Of a stretch of DNA of 64,000 bases, positions 57,734 to 64,000 are shown in pieces (the first letter of the stretch is position 1; every line of letters starts with the position of its first letter). Made by a program: the position numbers and the translations under genes. The notes beneath the pieces were generated by a model. It was given only the letters and a program-made list of their open reading frames with translations. It was not told where the DNA came from and did no database searches. The stretch covers positions 224,001 to 288,000 of the forward strand of contig CAWFJP010000030.1 of the NCBI GenBank assembly GCA_963816145.1, written 5' to 3'. Source of the stretch: an uncultured delta proteobacterium (GTDB taxonomy: Bacteria > Desulfobacterota > Binatia > UBA9968).

Positions 57734-57869
57734 CTTCCCTCCTAAATAACATCAATTGAATCGCGCTGAACGCATCTAAGCAGCGACGCGCCAACCTGTC
57801 AATTCCATTCGTCTCCGATTGATTGGACAGCTCCGCAACGGCTATGGTAGCGTGCCGCAACGACATAGC

Positions 57870-58520
57870 ATGAAAACCCCAATGGCTCGCAGTAAACCCG
57901 GCAAACAGCGCATCCACTTTTCCATGCTGCGCGATTATCGCGCCGCCGATCTGATCACTCTGGCGAACGCCGGCGCCGGCATGGCCGCCGTTTTGTTTAT
58001 GATGAGCTACTTGACGACGGCCGAAGAGTGGCGGGTCTACTTGTCGCTCGCCCTGATACCCGTTGCCCTATTCTTCGATATCGCCGATGGCCGGGTGGCA
58101 CGCCGTCACGGCGAACACTCGCCCTTCGGCCAGGAGCTCGACTCGCTCGCGGACATCGTCAGCTTCGGCGTCGCCCCTGCCGCCCTGGGCTATGGTTTGG
58201 GCTTGCGCGGCGGCCTCGATCTTATCATTCTAATTTTCTTCGTCGCCTGCGGCATCAGCCGGCTGGCGCGTTACAACGTCACCGCGAGTCAGTTGAGCGA
58301 CGACAGCGGCAAAGTAAAATACTTCGAAGGCACGCCGATCCCGTCGAGCCTGTTGTTGGTAGCCCTGCTGGCGCTGTGCTTTTACTTCGGACGCACCGGC
58401 GAGAAACTACCCTTGGCGAAAATCGAACTCTTTGGTATTGGCTTGCATCCGTTCGCCCTGCTATTTTTTGCCAACGGATGCACGATGATCAGCAAGACCC
58501 TAAAGATCCCCAAACTGTAA
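57870..58520 (+). CDS. pssA: CDP-diacylglycerol--serine O-phosphatidyltransferase
   Basis: D.ADG.VAR...SPFGQELDSLAD.VSFGVAPA, RLARYN, FEGTP.P. Confidence 0.88.
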   Translation: MKTPMARSKPGKQRIHFSMLRDYRAADLITLANAGAGMAAVLFMMSYLTTAEEWRVYLSLALIPVALFFDIADGRVARRHGEHSPFGQELDSLADIVSFGVAPAALGYGLGLRGGLDLIILIFFVACGISRLARYNVTASQLSDDSGKVKYFEGTPIPSSLLLVALLALCFYFGRTGEKLPLAKIELFGIGLHPFALLFFANGCTMISKTLKIPKL

Positions 58521-58704
58521 CGCTAACCAACCGTCGTGACGAGACATCAGGATTTATTAACGAATTGGATTCCACCTCTAAGAGCAGAAAGGGCTCGGAT
58601 ACTTTAGAATCCTATATTCGTGCTTTTCACGTCCTTCGTGGTGATAAAAATAAACGAAGGCAACCCTCATCCACAGAGAATTCACTAGGATCAAGGACAC
58701 ACCA

Positions 58705-59676
58705 ATGCAGCGAAAATTGATATTTACATTAACCTTAATCTTCGCGATGACCTTTCTCTGCGGTCGGCTCGCCGCCCAGGACAAAGTTCGGGTCGCGATC
58801 TCGAATTTCTCTGCATCGTATATCCCCATGGTGCTCGCCAACAAGCGCGGCTATTACACTGAGGAAGGCATGACGGTCGAAATCATCTTGATGGCCGGAC
58901 TCACCAGCACCCGGGCGCTCATCGGCAACAGCGTCGAGTTCGGCTCGGCGAGCAATCCGACCGCAGCTGTGCAAGGCGCCAAATTGAAAATCCTCATGGT
59001 GTTCAACGACAAGCCGCCCGGCAGCTTCATGGCGCAGCCGGGATTCAAAAGCATCGCCGAACTCCGCGGCAAACGGGTCGGCGGATCGACCGTCGGCAGC
59101 CTGGACTACGGGTGGCTGAAAGAGGTCCTGCCCAAGTTCGGCTTGAATCTGGAGAAGGATGTGAACTTCGTCCCGGTGGGCTCGACCAGCGCGCGCTACG
59201 TCGCGCTCCGAGCCGGCAGCATCGACGCCGCGTCGCTGAGCCCGCCGTCGAGCCTGCTGGCGCAGTCTTTGGGCTATCCAACATTTTTTAATTTCGCTGA
59301 TCACTTGGAAGACATCCAAGCATCCATCGTCGCCAGCGACGACCGCTTGGCCCGCCAAGGCGACTTGGTGCGCCGCTTTATGCGCGCCACGGTCAAAGGG
59401 CAGCGCGTCTATCAGGGGCACCGACAAGAAAGTATCACAGCGATCATGGAATTCACCCGGCAAAAAGATCGCGACCTCATGGCGCGCGTCTACGACGATC
59501 ACATGAAGACTGTCGCCAAGGACGGCACCATCAGCGAACGGCTGCAGCGCATTGTCATCGAGCGCAGCAAGCGATTCACTGGCGTGACCCGCGACGTGCG
59601 GCCGGAAGAGATTTTTGATTTTTCCCACTTGCGGCGAGCACAAGCAGAAGTCAGTCAGAGCGGCTGGACTCCCTAG
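58705..59676 (+). CDS. ABC-type substrate-binding protein (SsuA/NMT1-like)
   Basis: Signal peptide; RGYYTEEG, LRGKRVG, EIFDFS. Confidence 0.87.
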   Translation: MQRKLIFTLTLIFAMTFLCGRLAAQDKVRVAISNFSASYIPMVLANKRGYYTEEGMTVEIILMAGLTSTRALIGNSVEFGSASNPTAAVQGAKLKILMVFNDKPPGSFMAQPGFKSIAELRGKRVGGSTVGSLDYGWLKEVLPKFGLNLEKDVNFVPVGSTSARYVALRAGSIDAASLSPPSSLLAQSLGYPTFFNFADHLEDIQASIVASDDRLARQGDLVRRFMRATVKGQRVYQGHRQESITAIMEFTRQKDRDLMARVYDDHMKTVAKDGTISERLQRIVIERSKRFTGVTRDVRPEEIFDFSHLRRAQAEVSQSGWTP

Positions 59677-59866
59677 AATCCTTCAGACACTTTTCGGCAT
59701 GAAACGACTCAGTTGTTCGGCGAGATCTCTCACTCCGTTCGAGATGACAAAGCGTTACTATTTGTCATTTCAAGCATAGCGAGAAATCTTCCAGGCTCTC
59801 GGCAGTTCAGCCGAACTGAACCGCGCTGCTCCCGTGGTGTGCAATGATCCTGGGCAGCGACCCCGC

Positions 59867-60259
59867 TCAGTTATTGCTGGGCCGGGCAAACCAGCTTAAC
59901 CGCTCGTCGATATCTTCCCACTCGATCACCAAACCCTTTACTTTTGTCTTTTCGCGATTTGGCCGGTCGGCATTGTCCGCCGGTCTTTTCGTAGCGCTGC
60001 GGTTTTGAGGTTTTGGCGCGACTCCAGCCTCTCGCGGAGCCGGCTGACGCAAGGTTGGATTCTGCGCGACGATCACCGGCTCGTCTGCTGCGGTGGTGCG
60101 CAGGACCCGTAATCTTCGCTGCAAATAGGTGTCCGTGGGCCATGACCATGTATGCGACGGCAGGCGATCCTCGCGGTACTCCGCGCCGTTGACCTTGCTG
60201 TTACTGAACACATCCAACCAAAAACTTCGCATCTTCTGATCATGATCTGGCTTGCTCAT
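59867..60259 (-). CDS. Hypothetical protein
   Basis: ATG with GAGAGG upstream; no recognisable domain. Confidence 0.45.
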   Translation of the reverse strand: MSKPDHDQKMRSFWLDVFSNSKVNGAEYREDRLPSHTWSWPTDTYLQRRLRVLRTTAADEPVIVAQNPTLRQPAPREAGVAPKPQNRSATKRPADNADRPNREKTKVKGLVIEWEDIDERLSWFARPSNN

Positions 60260-60698
60260 CTCGCGGTCCTCTCAATTCGTTTTGTTCGCTACGCGTAACG
60301 ATAGGAATGGATAGAACTGACACCGCCGAAAAACTGGCGTCACACTACGCGGCTAGCTTCGGCGATTACCTGAGCCTAGCGCAGTTTGCGTACCATGGCG
60401 CGCTTGTCCATCCTTGTCACAAGATCGGCGGCGATGATCCAAATTTTGGACGGGACAGCTAAGGCAGTTTTGCCGCGGTGAAATGAGATCAATTACGGAT
60501 CGGGTAGACAGGATAAGATTGGAGTTCCGTATTGCCGGGCGGTTCAGCCGCAACAAAAGAAACGCAAAAGGTATTCACCACGAAGAGCACGAAGCACACG
60601 AAGGTTTCGGAAATCAATAAGACCGAACTTCGCAATCTTCGTGTCCCGCGCGGTGAGATTGGATTTTTGCATCAAGCATGCAACTGAAGCGCTCTGGT

Positions 60699-61604
60699 CT
60701 ATTTCAACCAGCCGGTTTCCTTGTACGCTCGGTTCGCGCCGGGATGCAGCGGCACACCGCCGAACTCGAAGGCAGCGGCGCCGTTGGCGCGCAGCGGGTC
60801 GAAGAGGCTTTTCAGGCCTTTGAACAGCGGGTTCATTTGCGGCAGCTTGTCGAGGTTATCGGCGATCGACCTCGCCATGGCGTAGACCGTGCTTTCGGCG
60901 ACGCTTTCATGGGTGACGATGACGTTGATCACGCCCACCTGGACAATGTCTTCGACCACACCGCGAAAGGCGTTTTTCTCCACCGTTACCGGCCGGTAGA
61001 ACGGAACCTGGGCGAAGAGCTTATCGAGCTGCGCTGGCGCAAACGGAATCACCCGAAGGTCGGCGCGCTGGCTCAGATCAGTGAGAACGGCGTTGGGAAT
61101 GGGCGGGTGAAACTGCACGTCGATCTTGCCATCGATCAGCGCGTCAGCGCCCTCGGCGAAACCCATATGCACCGGCGTGAAACTGTCAAAGGAAATCCCC
61201 AGCACATTGAAAATCGTGTGGATATGCTGCTCCATGCCGCTGCCTTTGGTACCGATCGCGATCCGTTTGCCGGCGAAGTTGGCGACCGAGTGGATCGGCG
61301 CATTGGCCAACCGCACGAAGCACATGGGCCCGGCGTTGGCCGGCGCCACCATGCGAATGGCGATATTTTTCGTAAACGGCGCCGTGGCGTCTTTGGCGCG
61401 GCCGATCCAATTGGACGCCATGAAGCCAAACTCGAGGCTGCCGGCGTCCAATTGCTTGGCATTGTGGATGCTAGCATCGCTGGTTTCGACGACGCACTCA
61501 TCGCCGGCCACTCGTCCCTGGTTGAATAGCTCCGCGATCGCTTGCCCCTGAGTATAAAAAGTCCCGCCGAGCTCCGAAGTTCCGATTCGAATTGCCATCG
61601 CCAT
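60699..61604 (-). CDS. TAXI family TRAP solute-binding protein
   Basis: IGTS..GGTFY, GKRIAIG..GSG, ALIDGKID, VPLHPGA.R.YKE.G. Confidence 0.87.
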   Translation of the reverse strand: MAMAIRIGTSELGGTFYTQGQAIAELFNQGRVAGDECVVETSDASIHNAKQLDAGSLEFGFMASNWIGRAKDATAPFTKNIAIRMVAPANAGPMCFVRLANAPIHSVANFAGKRIAIGTKGSGMEQHIHTIFNVLGISFDSFTPVHMGFAEGADALIDGKIDVQFHPPIPNAVLTDLSQRADLRVIPFAPAQLDKLFAQVPFYRPVTVEKNAFRGVVEDIVQVGVINVIVTHESVAESTVYAMARSIADNLDKLPQMNPLFKGLKSLFDPLRANGAAAFEFGGVPLHPGANRAYKETGWLK

Positions 61605-61841
61605 GAGCCTCCCGTCTTTGTCTCTCAACGTCTTACACCAGCCCACCGCAGCGCTGCAAATGACGGGCGCGCTAAAATCACGGCGGCAACGACCGACTTG
61701 CGTCTAATGATAGCGTCAAGCCTCGACGCTACGAGTCCTGCCCTATCTCTATCTCTGTCCTCCGATCCAACCTTTTCAGTTGCTCGCCGCAAACCAACAG
61801 CGCTATAGTCGCGAGCGAATCGAACGATAAGGGAGACCAGC

Positions 61842-62645
61842 ATGCCATTTGTTAATCGTGACGGCGCCGAGATCTATTACGAAGTACACGGAGACGGTTC
61901 GCCGTTGCTTTTTTGCAGCGTTACCGGCCTCGATCATCAAGCCTGGAAGTTTCACCAGGTGCCGGAGTTTTGCCGCGATCACAAAGTCATCCTGTTCGAC
62001 TATCGCGGCACCGGCAAGTCGAGCAAAAGGATCGAGAAATATTCGATCCAGATGTTCACCGACGACGCCGCGGCGATCTTGGACCATCTCGAGGTCGAGC
62101 AAGCGATCGTCTGCGGCCATTCCATGGGCGGCGTGGTGGCGCAGCTCTTAACGCTCGACTATCCGACCATGGTGAAGAAATTGATCCTCGCTTCCAGCGG
62201 CTCGGCTCACCCGGGCGCCCACGGCATCCCGCTCGCCATGTGCCGCGACATGGTGCGCGACGGATTCAAAGCCTATATCCGCAAGCACACCATCGAAACC
62301 GGCTGGACCAAGAAGTTCGTGGCGGAGAATCCCGATCTGATCGAGAAGTTCTTGCAGGTCAGGATGTCCGGTATCGCGCCGCTGGAAAACTATCTCTACT
62401 TTGTCCTGGCGCGCCAGGAGCACGACCACACCGCTCGTTTGCAGAATATCAACGTGCCCACCCTCGTCATGGTCGGCGATGACGAGAACCATGGCGCCAC
62501 CGACAACACCCACTGGGCTTCCGCGCACCAACTGGCGCGCGCGATTCCCAAAGCGAAATTAGTCATTCTCGCCGGCGAAGGTCACCATTATCTGGCAACC
62601 AATCCGGCAGCGGCGCACAAAGCGATCCGAGAATTCATCGCTTAG
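61842..62645 (+). CDS. Alpha/beta fold hydrolase
   Basis: FDYRGTGKS, GHSMGG, GH; paralogue of 5478..6305. Confidence 0.9.
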   Translation: MPFVNRDGAEIYYEVHGDGSPLLFCSVTGLDHQAWKFHQVPEFCRDHKVILFDYRGTGKSSKRIEKYSIQMFTDDAAAILDHLEVEQAIVCGHSMGGVVAQLLTLDYPTMVKKLILASSGSAHPGAHGIPLAMCRDMVRDGFKAYIRKHTIETGWTKKFVAENPDLIEKFLQVRMSGIAPLENYLYFVLARQEHDHTARLQNINVPTLVMVGDDENHGATDNTHWASAHQLARAIPKAKLVILAGEGHHYLATNPAAAHKAIREFIA

Positions 62646-62656
62646 GAGCAAAATCC

Positions 62657-63787
62657 ATGGCCACCGACCAGATCGATCTTAGCCGGCGCAACTTCCTCAA
62701 ACTGGCGGGAGCGGCCGCGGTGAGCTCGGCCGGGCTTATTTCCGGTTGCGCCACCACGGCGACAACATCTCAAACCGCCGCCAGCGCCATCGACATCCAC
62801 CATCATTATTTTGCGCCCGAGCTAATCGACGAGATCAAACAACATGGCAAGGCCCTGGGCGGCATCGAGCATTTCCCGCCAAAGCAGGTCAAAGAGAACC
62901 CCTATCGCATTCAATTTCCCAAGGGACGACCTTTCGCTCCCGATCCGCGCATGGCTGAGGTTCCCAATCGCCTCGATGCTATGACCAAGGGCCATGTCGG
63001 CATCGCCATGGTCGAAGTCCATACAGCCTCGGTCGGCTACGAGTTGGACGGCCCGCACGGCGAGACCTGGTCGAACATCTACAATGAGGCGATCATGAAT
63101 TTGGTCAAGCGCCACCCCAACCGCTTCGCCGGCATCGCTACCGTGCCGCTGCAAGATCCGCCGCGCGCCGCCAAGGTCTTGGAGCATGCGATCGTCAATC
63201 TCAAAATGTCCGGCGTCACGATCGCTTCCAATGTCGTCGGCAAGTATTTCGCCGACAAGAGCTTCGATCCTTTCTGGGCCAAGGCGCAGGAACTTGACGT
63301 GCTCATGATCATGCATCCGGAGTGGGTCGCCGGCGCCGACAAGATGGAACCCTACAGCCTGCGTAACATCTGCGGCAATCCGGCAGACACGACGCTCTCG
63401 GTCGCCTATATGATGTACGCCGGTGTCTTCGATCGCTTTCCCAATTTGAAACTCGGCTTACTCCACGGCGGCGGCTATATCCCGTATCATTTGGGTCGCT
63501 TGGACCAGGGCAAGACCGGAGGCTCAGGATCTTCTGCTATCCCCGCAAAATATCCACCGAGCCGATATCTCAAGAACCTCTACTTCGACAATCTCGTCTA
63601 TCGCGTCGAGACCGTCGAATATCTGAAACGCATGGTCGGCGCCGATCACATCATGGTCGGCACGGACTATCCCTTCGACCTCGGCGATTGGATGGCCGCG
63701 GAAAAGATTTACACGATGGAATGCAGCAGCGCCGAACGCGAAGCGATGCTGCACGGCAATGCCAGGAAACTCTTAAGAATCGCCTAG
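62657..63787 (+). CDS. Amidohydrolase family 2 (ACMSD-like) with Tat lipoprotein signal
   Basis: SRRNFLK...ISGC; IDIHHH, MHP, HGGG, GTDYPFD. Confidence 0.88.
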   Translation: MATDQIDLSRRNFLKLAGAAAVSSAGLISGCATTATTSQTAASAIDIHHHYFAPELIDEIKQHGKALGGIEHFPPKQVKENPYRIQFPKGRPFAPDPRMAEVPNRLDAMTKGHVGIAMVEVHTASVGYELDGPHGETWSNIYNEAIMNLVKRHPNRFAGIATVPLQDPPRAAKVLEHAIVNLKMSGVTIASNVVGKYFADKSFDPFWAKAQELDVLMIMHPEWVAGADKMEPYSLRNICGNPADTTLSVAYMMYAGVFDRFPNLKLGLLHGGGYIPYHLGRLDQGKTGGSGSSAIPAKYPPSRYLKNLYFDNLVYRVETVEYLKRMVGADHIMVGTDYPFDLGDWMAAEKIYTMECSSAEREAMLHGNARKLLRIA

Positions 63788-63821
63788 TGCACGACTGATC
63801 CCAAAAGAATCGCCGAAGCCA

Positions 63822-64000
63822 ATGTTGCGGGGAATTGAATTTTGCATACGCGCCCTGGCATTGGTGTTGCTGCTCCACGCCGCCGCATTGGCGCAAGATA
63901 CAGGCGCCAACGACGCCGCCAAGGCATTGCACACCCTCTTCGCCGCGGACTGGGACTACCAAATGGAGCAGCACCCAACCTGGGCGTCTGCTTTGGGCGA
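63822..64000 (+). CDS. DUF885 family protein, N-terminus (runs off the right edge)
   Basis: Signal peptide, then LHTLFAADWDYQMEQHPTWASALG. Confidence 0.7.
   Translation, partial: MLRGIEFCIRALALVLLLHAAALAQDTGANDAAKALHTLFAADWDYQMEQHPTWASALG

Noticed and set aside
56180-57745. 521-aa + strand ORF (and similar long overlapping ORFs at 14683, 37139, 58735 and 60678)
   Set aside because: Antisense shadows of well-supported genes, typical of GC-rich codon usage.

Overview
GC-rich bacterial chromosomal segment. Its gene content (many orphan TctC/Bug and SsuA/NMT1-type solute-binding proteins, amidohydrolases, VOC proteins, UbiD decarboxylases, MFS permeases) resembles Candidatus Binatia-like 'Deltaproteobacteria'; this is an inference, not a database result. 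No rRNA, tRNA, CRISPR array, integrase or transposase was recognised. Main points: (1) a three-gene operon at 15.8-18.2 kb encodes a membrane-anchored peptidoglycan amidase, a MamK-like actin and a small single-TM protein, with no other magnetosome genes in the window; (2) three accessory inserts (a DUF4258/DUF2283 pair and two stand-alone NRPS A-T genes) are each followed by a diverged copy of the 3' part of the upstream gene; (3) three stand-alone A-T didomain genes (one decayed) lack the amino-binding Asp and share terminal docking-like helices; (4) an AT-richer SIR2-STAND-TPR-OB (Avs5-like) defence gene; (5) a fluoride riboswitch controls crcB-DUF190 and a frameshifted enolase remnant that the ORF track does not resolve; (6) intergenic spaces carry many REP/MITE-like palindromes, some nested, and several genes survive only as internally deleted remnants. 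All calls come from manual motif recognition; no searches were run.
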